This document shows, piece by piece, positions 36,801 through 50,000 of a stretch of 64,000 bases of DNA. Each line of letters starts with the position of its first letter. The first letter of the stretch is position 1. The DNA is taken from positions 1,550,001 through 1,614,000 of the forward strand of contig BQFW01000011.1 in the NCBI GenBank assembly GCA_020891255.1. The letters are read 5' to 3'. The translations under genes were made by a program, and so were the position numbers. The stretch is from Entomortierella parvispora E1425. Taxonomy: Eukaryota; Fungi; Mortierellomycota. The notes under the pieces were generated by a model. It was not told where the DNA came from. It ran no database searches and saw only the letters and a list, made by a program, of their open reading frames with translations.

Positions 36801-39800
36801 TGCACTAGTGGAGGAAATCGACAGGGACCGCGTCGACGGCCGCTCGCGGACAGGTTTCCAGAAAGACGTTCTGTTCGCTATGGCGGCCCATTGGATGGCG
36901 CTCTCAAAGACGTTGCGGCTCAAAGGTGGCTTGACATTTTCACGAAGATGCAGCTCACTCACTTCGCCCACATCAGACCTCATGAATGGACGAATAATAG
37001 GATAGATCATACACCAAATATCAGCCGCAGGTAGACGTTGGGAGGTGGAGGCAATGAACCCGATGGCGCCGTAGCGGATCCAGAGATTAGGATGGCAGAG
37101 TAAAGGCGCCACAACCGCCACGAGATCCCATATCGCCATCTTTTGGAACAGGCCAAGGTCACACAGACTCGCAAGCGATTTGAGGACCTTCTCTACCACG
37201 AACTCTTCGGAATCTGTTGTGAAAAAATGGGGAGGATGAGAGTCTTGAAGCACAATGGAGAATACTATTCCGATGTTGAAGGTTTACCTGTAAGAGCTTG
37301 AATCATTAGTGGGAGAATGTACTCTTCCAAGCTGCGACCACCTACAAATGTCCCAACCCCAACAATACTCTCAAAAAAAGCACTGTAGAAAGACGTGTTA
37401 GAAGGTTTTCGTGAGTGGAAATAAAATAGGAATATTGCCATGCTGGTCCTCACCTCCTGAGCATCCAGTCCCTGCCATTGAGGTAGGTAATCATATGGGA
37501 GAGCAAAACATCATCTACACGCTGCTTGCCCAAAAAGATGCAGAGGGATGTCATATCTGACAGTAGTGCTCTTTTTACGCTACTGTCCGGATCAACCAGT
37601 AGAATTCGAATCTGGTCCTCAATGGTTCCTTGAAGATCGTACAATGCAGAGTCGTATGTGGCCTATTGAACGTTAGAGGTAAGTCACTGACCGCTTGGAA
37701 GGTTGCGTTGCAATCAAAGGAGCCGATGGGTTCCTACCTCATATGGCGATCCCTCAACATCATCGCCTTCATTCCCTGTGAATGCACCGTCATTTTTCAA
37801 CAACTAAGTAAATTGAAAATATACATGTTAGAGCATTCCTATGGGTGCTGGAGTTATCGCCTTTTCACCATCCACTCTACCTGTGCTAATTCCAGATACC
37901 GGAGAGCGGTTTGAGCAAACTGGGCAATACATCCTGCATACGCTGATCGGACAAGAACTTCCCTGTCGGTGGGGAAGGACTGAAGTGCAGGCAGGATGTA
38001 TTCGGGAAATATCGTGACATTGATCACGTCGATAGATTCAACCTCATCCAACTATGGTAATGGTTACAGGACATAACGTTAGGGCTCGCACTTTATACAT
38101 ATAATGGTTCTCTCGCCAACAATTCAATCAGGACCTACCACTTTGGCAAGAGTTTTGAGGGCATGGGCTCTAACAATCCCAACTTCGTCGTGCAAGCAAG
38201 CGACAATGTAAGGCACAAGTCGATCTAGCTTGATATCATCGGCAACATGTCGACCAATAGACAAAAGCATGTCCAGCGCATGCATCTTGGAAGATGGAAA
38301 TGCAGTGTTTCTCATTGAAGAACACAGCAGGGAAAGGAAAATCAGCGCTCCTTCATCTGTTGAGGGGTAAAAGTAAAAATAGTGGGAAGTGAATGTTAGC
38401 TGCCGAATTTGCCATCACCCAGAGACTGCAGTAAACTGAACAGAGTTTGGATATTTACTGGGTGCATGCTGGGATTCTTTGACTTCCTTGGTCTGACTCT
38501 CGGATACAGACAACGCCCCCTATCCAGGATGAAGTGCAGCTCATGGTTAAAACACAGAAGCAAGTAGTATTGCGCTTATCCAGCAATGCTCAGCCATACC
38601 AGTCCATTAGAAATGGCTCCTATCGAAGTATCACCTAGAGATAAAAAGTTTGTAAGCTCCAAGATGTATCACAATATGTTATGAATTCCTGGGACGTGAA
38701 GCTCTTACCATCCGTCTCCATAGATGGTGGAGACTTTCGAGTTTCCAAGCCAAGAAAAAATGAAATTTTGTCAAAATCGTGGCAAATCCGTTCAATTTTT
38801 TCGTCCGCGTCCGTTTTGGGCGGTGTTTCCTGAGGCTCAGAGTTGCCGGAAAATACAGTCCTATCCATTGCACCAGTGCCTGACGATTCACTGGCAGATT
38901 CCGTTACAGAGTGAATGTACTGGTGCAAAAATGTGTAAAAGTACTTTGGGAATGCGCGATCCCTCCTATTTCAGTGTTTAAGCGTCAGTGACCGAAATTC
39001 ATTGCTTGATACAAGTATATAAGTCAATGCAGAGACCTTTACCATTCTGACAAGTACTTGTCTGCACTGTAGCGACTCTCTGGGTCAAGTTGAATCATAT
39101 GCCGAATCAGGTCCTAAATGCATGAACTGGTCAGACAGTTTCCAATGAGCACCACAGGGGGTAACTGATCTGTAACTGTACCTTGACATTTTCATCCTCG
39201 ATCTTATTGATATAGGGCGTTGGATCATATTCGCCGCTTCTGTACTTGAACATTTGCGACAGGGAGAATATTGGCGTTCCTTCTGAGTACAGTTCAGCAA
39301 TAACACATCTAAAGTGCATCGGTTTATGTCAGTAAGAGCTCTCTAGTGATGGATCGTCCAAGTATCTTGTGCTGTATCATGAAGCTCTTACCCAGCCGAG
39401 AAGATGTCCATAGCTGCAGTCAGTCCTGCAAAAATGTTGTGTGGATCCTCTGCCTGCCTCTGCTTTTCAAGGTCGACCCCTGGCTTGTAAAATCGTTCTG
39501 GAGCAAGATAACATGTTCGTCTTGAGGAGGTATCAAAGAAAAACGAAAAGTCGGCAGGATTATCCTAAAAGGCATTCCAACTTGCGTTAACAACAAAAGA
39601 AGAACATTGACTTTGGCAGAGGCGAACCATCAAAGGCATCTTACCTCCGGCAGAAAAGTTGGCTTGTATCCAGCAAAGTCACTCAAGTAGACCCAGTTCC
39701 AGGATGTCATCAAGCAATTCTCAGTTTTGATATCGCCATGGTAAACCTAGAGGATAGTGGCATGCTATGTCAGATGGATTTCCGGTTTATCCTCATGCAA

Positions 39801-40529
39801 TAGCCCAAGCAGTCGCTCCATCCTTACGTTTCTGGCATGTGCATCCGCTAGTCCCTTGAGAAGCTGATAGGTCACCCATTTCTTTTCTATCAGATTCATG
39901 AACGGACGAGTACTATTCGAAGCACATTTCCAAAAGGTTCATATTAGACAAAATAAATTGCCGATTTCAAATCCAGCTGCCATTTACCACGCTGGTCCGT
40001 CCATATACCTGATGCGGTCGTAAAGACTGCTGAAAAAGTATTGTCGTATGAGATATCCTGCTCGCTCTGTTTCCAAGACCTTCTGAAAGGCGATGACATT
40101 TGGGACATCCGCAAGACTCTCTCGCTCCTCTATGGAGTGTTGTCAAAAGATGTTAGATCTCTGTATTTCTTTCTGAAAGCCATTGGCTTCATTGAAAAAG
40201 CCGGTTGAATACCATTCAATATCCGTGATATCCGCTTGAGTGAGTATCCAGACTCGGGCTTGACAAAGATCTTCACGACAACTGATCCCTCCTTCTGGCG
40301 TCCCCTGATCGTCTTCATGAATCTGGCGCTTCCAAGACTGTGTCGTGACGAGAACACGGCGGTTGGGGTTAGTCTGCTCCAGATAATCAACTATACTTCC
40401 GTCCTATCCACAGCCAATCCAGAACGGCATGTACCTTTTTTCATAGTGAATATCGCCAAGTTCGCTCACGTAGGAGTCGATACCTGCCGTTGCGGCGGAT
40501 GGGGTGACAGTGGAGACTGAGTTTCCCAT
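33841..40529 (-). CDS. VPS15: Phosphoinositide 3-kinase regulatory subunit Vps15 (PIK3R4)
   Basis: Myristoylation start MGNSVS; kinase-like domain ([48 protein letters not shown]); HEAT repeats ([22 protein letters not shown]); WD40 ([25 protein letters not shown]). About 23 introns traced. Confidence 0.96.
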
Positions 40530-41085
40530 GACGCTGGAATGCTCCTAACCTTGCGCCGGTGAAGTGTATCGTGTACGCTGATGGTGGTCTCCACGTGTTT
40601 GCTGTATAGGTCCAGTGATTTCCTGAAGAATGTCCCGCAGTTGAATGAGGAAAAGACAAAAGTTCAGCCTGCTTGCATGCTTTCTTGCATGCATATATAT
40701 GCATGCCCATGTACAGTATGCATCGCGCAGTCACGGGTCCCACGCGTCACGTGCACCCTTCTTTCGTGTCCCCCCCTCCCCCCGCGCCAGCCAGGAACGA
40801 ACGAACGAAAAGACCATCATCATCAGCGCGTGTCTGCTTTGTCCGTTGTTCCTCTCGTCCCATCCATCCTTCCACCATTGTCCTGTTGTCATCAGCCAGC
40901 AGTGCATTCGTAGAGAGGGACACATTCACACCACCCATACACTCCCTTTTTTTTTTTATTTTTTTACTTTTCCATATACCAGGCATTCCCTTGTTCTCAT
41001 CATCCCCATCGAGAACAACCACTTTTGAACTCTTTCTCAACAACTACGCATAAAGAGGAAGCACAGACACCGATATCCCGACACG
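40530..41085. promoter_or_regulatory. 556-bp divergent (probably bidirectional) promoter region between VPS15 and dynein heavy chain
   Basis: ATG 40529 (-) and ATG 41086 (+) are head to head with only this interval between them. Confidence 0.6.
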
Positions 41086-44000
41086 ATGTTGCAAATGGAC
41101 GAAGACCTCGGTCTTCCGAATGTCGGCACCGAGGTGGCGGTCGACATTGACATCATGAAGATCTACCTGGAGAAGCTGCTGGTGCTTCTTCTCGGAGCAG
41201 AGCAGGCAGACCTCGACATGTCCTTGTTCTCATTCCCAGACTCGACAGAGCGCCTGCGTCGGTTCGCGAGCGATGCGCAGACACCGGCTCTGTATGTCCT
41301 CAAGGAGACCGAGAGCGATGCCTGTAAGTATCCTGGGGCCTCTTTTTTTTTTTTTTTTTTTTGTATATCCGTCTCCTTTCGCGTCTGTCCATCGCGCGCT
41401 ATTGGGTCCTGTTTCATGCGCTTCTTCAGGGACACACGGACAGACATTGCCCCAACATTCGCACCACGCCACCGCACAGACTTGCCGAGATTGGCATACA
41501 TTATCAGGAAGGAGGCAGGCGCATACACAGCAGAAAGCAGACTGGGGTGACTCGACCGGACCATTTCCACGCTAGCGCATCAACAGCGAGTGGTTTATGA
41601 TTTTTTGTCTTTCTTTGCATGTGTGTCGTCTGGTGACTCGACCCCTGTCTATCTCGGCCACAGGCTGGCGTGCATGGAATCATGGCAGGAAATACGCAGC
41701 ATCCATCCAAGCAAAAGAAGAGGCGATCATCGACATCAACAACGATCCAACCAGCCTGACATGTGCTGGTCTGTCTGTCACGCAGCATGATTATTTAACT
41801 CTTTGTTTTTCTTTGTTTGTCAACAACAGCTGCTGCAAACCAGACCTTCTCGTACTCGGTCAGCCACGAGTTGACTTACCACGCTAACCATGTGGGCTCA
41901 ATTGCTCTAATCAAGCGTGGACCCACCATCGATACCTCGCGCCCACTGCAGACTCAGGTCCAGTTTATCAACTTGCCAGGACCAGCAGCCAATGAATCAG
42001 GACTCGGACTCGCCAGCCCCTACGAGGCTCTCCACTCCTACATCCACTATGCCGTCAGTCCTTACTTCAATGCCTACGTGAGCACCAAGAGTGGTGTAGA
42101 GGGTGGCACGTCCAGCAAGCGACCAGACGACAAAGACGGAAAGATGGGTATCCCCATGGCCAAGAAAAAGATCGCAGAGCTGGAGTTGTCCCTGCTTCAT
42201 CTGCAGCAAAACGTGGAAATCCCAGAGATTTCGCTCAACATCCATCCCGTCGTCCAGCGAGCCATTGATGAGGTGAGTACTGTGAATTTCTTTTTATCGT
42301 TACTTATACTGCAAATGTACTGACTCTCCATGACTATGTACGTTTTGAATCTTGTAGTGCCGCGAGGAAGGCCGTCGAGTGACAGTCGATGCACTGGAGT
42401 CATCATACTTTTCAGACTCTACGTTCTTGAACAAGCTGCAGGGAGATGTGAACGGATGGATCAAGGAGATTCAAAAAGTCACCAAGCTTTCGAGAGACCC
42501 TGCATCAGGCACCGCTATCCAGGAGATCAACTTTTGGCTGAGCATGGAACGAGCCTTGGAGAAAATCGAGGAGCAGCTGAAGAGCGATCAAATCGGTTAG
42601 TTCATTCTTCTGCGAAGCAGGATATTATCATATTATCATTTGTTCGACGTGTCGAGTCTCCAAACCACTAACAGTACAACTCCTTCATTAGTTCTTACTC
42701 TTGATATTTTGAAGCATGCCAAGCGCTTCCACGCCACCGTCAGTTTCATCGCTGATACTGGTCTCAAGGAGGGAACAGACAAAGGTAGGTCTCATTATCA
42801 GGACCCTTGGATTCGAGGGCAGAATACTAACCATTAGCTTTCTGTAATCGTGTCGTAGTTCACAAGTACAATCAGCTTATGAAGGATTTCCCATTGAATG
42901 AACTTTTGTCTGCCACGGATGCCATTAAGGTCCGCGACTCCCTGGTGCTCATCTTTGGACATCTCAACAAAAAGCTCAAGCTTTCGTAAGTCCAATGGCT
43001 ACATACTCTGATCCCCGTGATTCTTGGCAACAATGAGCAGGTGCTTGTCCCGATATTAATCTTTTTTTTTCGATTTTATGTGCATTTCCGCTCCTAGGCC
43101 TTATCCAATTCGACGAGCACTGCCCTTGGTGGAGGCCATTTCGAAAGATTTGAACGACCAACTCTTGCGCGTCCTCGGTAGCCGTAGACTGATGTACATG
43201 GACTATGAAGACTTCGAAAAGGCAACAGCAGGAGCCGTCGAGGTATTCTCCACTTGGGATGTGCTGATCAAGGAGTTTACAGATGTGGCCCGTGAGGTTA
43301 CACGCAGGCGATCAGAAAAGTTCCTCCCCATCCGATTCAATCACGCCCATGCCAAGCTTCAGGAACGTGTCAAGTTTGTTCGCAACTTCAGGAAGCAACA
43401 TGAGCAGCTCCATCAGACAATCCTCAAAGTCATGACGAAGCCCAGCGGATTCTCGGCTGCAAGAGCCACTCTCGAGGAGGTGGATGAGACTGAGAGCGTG
43501 AGCATGACTGATGTCAATGCTGTCGAGGAAGTTAAGCTCGCCTACGAGAGTGTCAAGAATGTCGATGTCCTTGATGTCTCCCATGGTAAGTTTAAAAGGC
43601 TTGAAAATTGGAAACCGCTGGGGGGATGAGAGCATTTCTAATGGATATTTTCAAATACAACCATAGAGGGAACCGAGATCTGGGTCACTGCGGAGGTCTC
43701 TTACAACGAGCGAGTGTCCAGAGTCGAGAACCAGATTATCGCTCGACTTCGCGACAGACTTGGAATCGCCAAGAATGCCAATGAGATGTTCCGCGTCTTT
43801 TCCAAGTTCAACGCCCTCTTTGTTCGCCCAAAGGTAATGCATATTCCAGCTCTTTCGTCCATTCAGGACATTTCTTAAGATCAAAGGCCGGTCGGTGCTC
43901 ATCATTGCTGATTATTCCTCAAAATAGATTCGTGGAGCCATCCAGGAATACCAGACGCAGCTGATCGACAAAGTCAAGGAGGACATCAAGAAACTGCACG

Positions 44001-47000
44001 ACAAATTCAAGATGCAGTACCGCCACTCGGACGCCTACCACATGTCCCAGCTGCGCGATCTTCCTCCCATTTCGGGTCATATCATCTGGGCACGCCAGAT
44101 CGAACGCCAACTCTCCACCTACATGAAGCGCGTGGAGGATGTGCTTGGAAAGGGATGGGAACTCTATGCAGAGGGACAAAAGTTGCAAAGCGAGAGCAGC
44201 AGTTTCAGGAAGAAACTGGATACCCGCCAGATCTATGAGACCTGGTTCTCTGAAATCACCCGTCGCGAGCTGGCAGTCTCTGGCCCTCTGTTCGAGATTA
44301 CCCGTAACAGAGCCCAAGGAAACGTTCTCCAGCTTGGTGTCAATTTTGATGCACAGATCATTACCCTGTTCAAGGAAGTCAGGAACCTTCTCTGGCTTAA
44401 ATACCAGGTTCCCCATCAAGTCAGTATCATCGCCAAGGATGCGAAGCGCGTGTACCCCATTGCTGTCAGCTTGATGGAAACCATTCGTACATACAGCCAA
44501 ATGGTCAACAAGGTTCAGCGCCACGGTGAGATCGCTACTCTTGTTGCTGGCTACCGTAACGACGCTCAAAAGATGGTCTCTAAGGGGGTCAACCTTCGAT
44601 GGGAGCACTTTGCCAACACCTATGGTAGCGTGACATCGTATATGAACCCAGGCTCCATGGCCAATACCCGCGAGAACCGTCATATCACATTCGTGCGCGA
44701 GTTTGCATCGGTCGTCTCTATTTTCCAGGACAAGGTTGACTCCTTGATCTCCATCTACGATGATATCATGAAGCTGATTGACGAGCTCCCTGTTTGCGCA
44801 TTCGTCCATTCTACATTCTCAAACATTATTCTGAAGATTCAGAAGTTGGTAAGTGCAATATGCTGGTCAGGCTTTTCTTTAAATTAATTAATCCATCATC
44901 ACTCCTAATCATATTCTACGTCTTAGATCGATCGACTGAACTTGGAGTCTTACTCCAACTTGGAGCAATGGGTTGCTCAATTGGATGCCAAGGTGGAGGC
45001 TGTTCTTGTTGGCCGTCTGCAGCAAGCAATTAACGCTTGGATGTTGGAGTACCAGCGCGATGATCACGAGGAAGGTCTTATCGAGGCCAGGGATGCGACT
45101 GCTCATGGAAAGAACAAAAAACGCCGCACCAACCGCGAAATGGAGCGCGTCTCGGCCTTGACCAAGGCCAACGAAGTCAAGCCCGTCTTGAAGGTGCTTG
45201 TCCACGAGATCCGTATCAAGAACCAGGTCATGTACCTTGATCCTCCAGTCGAACAAGCTCGCGTCAGTTGGTACAATCAACTCCACGAATGGCTCTCCGT
45301 CGTTTGTACTTTGGCCAGAATCCAGAGTTCTAGATACGAAATTGGCCTGGCTGTCCATCAGGATAACGTGGAAGACTTGACCTACTCGGATCTTCTTACC
45401 AAAATCCCCGACGACTCCCTTTCGAAAGCATACGGAAGCATTGAGCTCAAGGTCACCCAGGTCAAGGAGTATGTCGATATTTGGCTGCAGTACCAATCCC
45501 TTTGGGATCTGGAGTCACAGTACATCTTCACTCTTCTCGGAGACGACTTGGCCAAGTGGCAGCAGCTTCTTTTGGAAATCAAGAAGGCTCGCACAACTTT
45601 TGATAACTCTGAGACCGAGCAGTCTTTTGGACCTGTTGTGATTGACTATGAGCAGGTTCAGTCCAAGGTCAACGCAAAGTATGACTCCTGGCAGCGTGAG
45701 GTTCTCAACCGATTCGGAAACATGATGGGCACCTCGATGAAGGAGTTCCACAGCGCGGTCTCTAAGGCCCGCTACGATCTTGAGCTTCATTCTGTGGACA
45801 GCAACTCTACTGGCGAGGCTGTAACGTTTATCACCTTTGTGCAGGACTTGAAGCGCAAGGTCTCCAAATGGGAGCAGGATGTGGAGCTCTTCCGCAATGG
45901 TCAAAAGACTCTGGAGCGCCAACGATTCCAGTTCCCCAACGACTGGCTCTACTGTGATCAGATTGACGGCGAATGGAGTGCGTTCAACGAGATTCTTGGT
46001 CGCAAGAACAATGCCATCCAGGATCAGATCGGTGAGCAAAGATCAACAAATGACTCTACCGGGAGGAGGAGGTCATTAAATGTGGTTACTAACACTTGCT
46101 ACGTATCTCTCAAATAGCCGGATTGCAAATGAAGATCGTGACTGAAGATAAGCTTGTGGAACAAAAGATCTCTGAGATCCTTCAGGACTGGGAGAAGAAC
46201 AAGCCTGTCCAAGGCAACATCAAGCCCGACATTGCCACCAACACCTTGATGATCTTTGAGGGCAGAGTTACTAGAGTCAAGGAGGAGTTTGACATGGTGT
46301 GCCGCGCCAAGGAGGCTCTCGATCTTGATTTGTCCGCGGATGACCGTCTCGAGCCCGTTTTGGAGGAGCTTCGCGATTTGAAGTCTGTGTGGAGCTCATT
46401 GGCCAAGATCTGGCAGTCCATCTACGAAATCAAGGATACTCTTTGGTCAACTGTTGTTCCTCGCAAGATTAGAAACCAGCTCGACAGTCTGGTCAACTCC
46501 ACGAAGGATATGCCCAACCGCATGCGTCAGTATGCTGCATTCGAGTATGTCCAGGAATCTCTCAGACTCTACCTCAAAGTCAACCCTCTTTTGATTGACT
46601 TGAAGTCAGAGGCACTCCGTGAACGCCATTGGCGCCAGTTGTTTAAGGCTCTTCGTCTGGACGGACGCCTTACCTTGTCAGAAATGACTGTAGGTAACAT
46701 CTGGGATCTGGATTTGAAGAGAAACGAGAGTCTTGTGCGTGACATTATCGTCGTTGCCCAGGGTGAAATGGCCCTGGAGGAATTCTTGAAGCAGGTAAGT
46801 CGCCATGAAAAGACACATACTATGCATTTGTCCACTTTGCACAGGAGAGAGCTCATATGCACCTTTAACATTGTCTTTTAGGTTCGCGAGACATGGACAA
46901 ACTACGTTCTGGACCTTGTCAACTACCAAAACAAGTGCCGTCTCATCAGGGGATGGGATGATCTGTTCACAAAGTGCAGCGAGAACCTGAACTTTTTGTC

Positions 47001-50000
47001 CGCTATGAAGTTGTCGCCGTACTACAAGGTCTTCGAGGAGGAGGCGGCTGGATGGGAAGAAAAGCTCAACCGCATCCACGTTCTCTTCGATGTCTGGATC
47101 GACGTTCAGCGCCAGTGGGTGTACCTTGAGGGTATCTTCACAGGAAGTCACGACATCAAGCATCTTCTCCCAGTCGAAACATCGAGATTCCAGAACATCA
47201 ACTCGGAGTTCTTGACCGTCATGAAGAAGGTCTACAAGTCACCTTTCGTTCTGGATGTTCTCAACATTGCCAACATTCAAAAGTCCCTGGAACGCCTGGC
47301 CGATCTTCTCAGCAAAATTCAGAAGGCTTTGGGAGAATACTTGGAGCGTGAGCGTTCATCCTTCCCCCGTTTCTACTTTGTTGGTGACGAAGATCTGTTG
47401 GAGATTATCGGAAACAGCAAGGACGTTGTGCGTATCCAGAAGCATTTCAAGAAGATGTTTGCTGGTATCAGCAGCATCATTCTTAGTGAAGACGTCACAA
47501 CGGTCCTCGGAATGTGCTCTAAGGAAGGCGAGAACGTGATGTTCAAGACTCCAGTTTCGATCAAGGATAACCCAAGAATTAACGACTGGTTGTCTTTGGT
47601 GGAGAAGGAGATGCGCATGTCCCTGGCGCAGATTCTGGCCGAATCTGTCCAAGAGATGAACTTCTTCTACCTCGCCGAGACTCTTGATCCAGCTTCATTC
47701 TTGAGCTGGATCGACAAGATTCCTGACCAGTTGGTTGTCCTCACTTCCCAAATCACCTGGACCACCACCGTCGAGAGGGCTCTGGCCACCATGACGGAGA
47801 CTGGCTCCCCCAGCGAGCAGCCCATGCAAAAGGCTCTCGACTATGCACAGCGTGCCTTGAATGTCCTCGCCGACACTGTGCTCCAGGATCTCGAGCCCAT
47901 CCAACGCAAGAAGTGCGAGCATTTGATCACAGATCTTGTTCACCAGCGGGATGTCATCCGTGTTCTAATTCGCAACAAGGTCTCCTCCGCCAAGGACTTT
48001 GCCTGGTTGTCTCAAATGCGATTCTACTTCAACTCTAGCCACGAGGATCCTCTGCAGTGCTTGACGATTAGCATGGCAAATGCCACATTCTTGTATGGTT
48101 ACGAATACTTTGGAGTAACGGAGCGCTTGGTCCAGACTCCTTTGACCGATCGCTGCTACCTGACTCTCATGCAAGCCCTAGAGTCACGACTCGGAGGTTC
48201 GCCCTTTGGTCCCGCAGGAACAGGAAAGACCGAGTCTGTCAAGGCTCTCGGTATTCAGTTGGGTCGATTCGTCCTTGTTTTCTGCTGTGACGAAAACTTT
48301 GATTTCCAAGCTATGGGTCGTATCTTTATCGGTCTTTCTCAGGTCGGTGCATGGGGATGCTTCGATGAGTTCAACAGATTGGAAGAGAGAATTTTGTCCG
48401 CCGTCTCCCAGCAGGTGCAGACCATTCAATTGGGTTTGAAGGAAGCCAAGACCAACCCCAACCACGAAATCGAGCTGGTTGGAAAGAATGTCCGCGTGAA
48501 CACCAACACTGGTATCTTTATTACCATGAACCCTGGATATGCTGGTCGTTCCAACCTGCCTGACAACCTCAAGAAGTTGTTCCGAAGCATTGCAATGACC
48601 AAGCCCGATCGTGAGCTCATTGCCCAGGTCATGTTGTCGTCTCAAGGTTTCCGTACTGCGGAGCTTTTGGCCTCCAAGGTCATTCCTCTCTTCAACCTCT
48701 GCGATGAGAAGTTGACGCCTCAGTCCCACTATGACTTTGGTCTTCGTGCCTTGAAGAGTGTGTTGGTCAGCGCTGGTAACATGAAGCGTGATCGACTTCA
48801 AGAGCTCCGTTCTGAAAACCCAGAGAACATTCAGGCTGAGTTTGCTCGCATCTCGGAGAGTGTGCCCGAGCAAGAAATTCTCATCCAAAGTATCAGAGAG
48901 ACAGTTGTTCCTAAGCTTGTGGCCGAGGACATTCCTGTCTTGATGAAGTAAGTCCCGATTTTTTCATTTACTTTATATTTGTATTACTCTATTACCGCAA
49001 GTGCTAATCATTTTTTTTTCTGGTGTTGCAACATAGCCTCCTCAAGGATGTATTCCCTGGGGTCGATTATGTTCCTGTCAGTCTCCAGCCCCTCAGACAG
49101 GCTATCAAGGAGATTTGCGACAAGCGTCGTCTTGTTGTCGGAGAGCTTTGGATCGAAAAGATTTTGCAGTTGTACCAGATCCAACGCATTCATCACGGTT
49201 TGATGATGGTTGGTCCCTCTGGAAGCGGCAAGTCGAATGCCTGGCAGGTCTTGCTCGGTGCACTGGAAAAGGTCGAGAACATTGAAGGGCAGTCTTATGT
49301 GATCGACCCCAAGGCCATGTCCAAGGAAGCCCTTTACGGTGTTCTGGACCCCACCACCCGTGAATGGACAGATGGTCTTTTCACCAATATTCTTAGAAAG
49401 ATTGTGGACAATGTTCGTGGCGAAAGCGCCAAGCGACACTGGATCATTTTCGATGGTGATGTCGATCCTGAGTGGGTTGAGAACTTGAACAGGTAAGCAA
49501 CTATTGGCTTGAATGCCAGAGCAACAAATGGCGGTCGTTTTCTAACAACAGTTTGTTTTCGTTTAACTAGTGTTCTGGATGACAACAAGTTGCTGACCCT
49601 CCCCAACGGAGAGCGTTTGAGCTTGCCACCCAATGTCCGCATCATGTTCGAAGTCGAGACCCTCAAGTACGCCACCTTGGCCACTGTCAGTCGATGTGGT
49701 ATGGTTTGGTACAGCAGCGATGTCATTGACCGTTCCATGGTCTTCTCCAACTATTTTGAGACTCTGCGCAACGTGCCATTGGATGAAGTCGATGAAGAGG
49801 TCACTGTTCGTCGCGTGGAGACTGAGGAGAACCGAGCCGCTTCGCCCATTCTCCTTACCCAGCAGGCGTGCGCTAATATCTTGGCTCCCCACTTTGCGGA
49901 TGACGGACTCATTATCAAGGCCTTGGAGTACGCCAACACTTTGGATCACATCATGGATTTCACGACGATGCGTGTCCTTGGTACTCTGTTCTCGCTTTTG

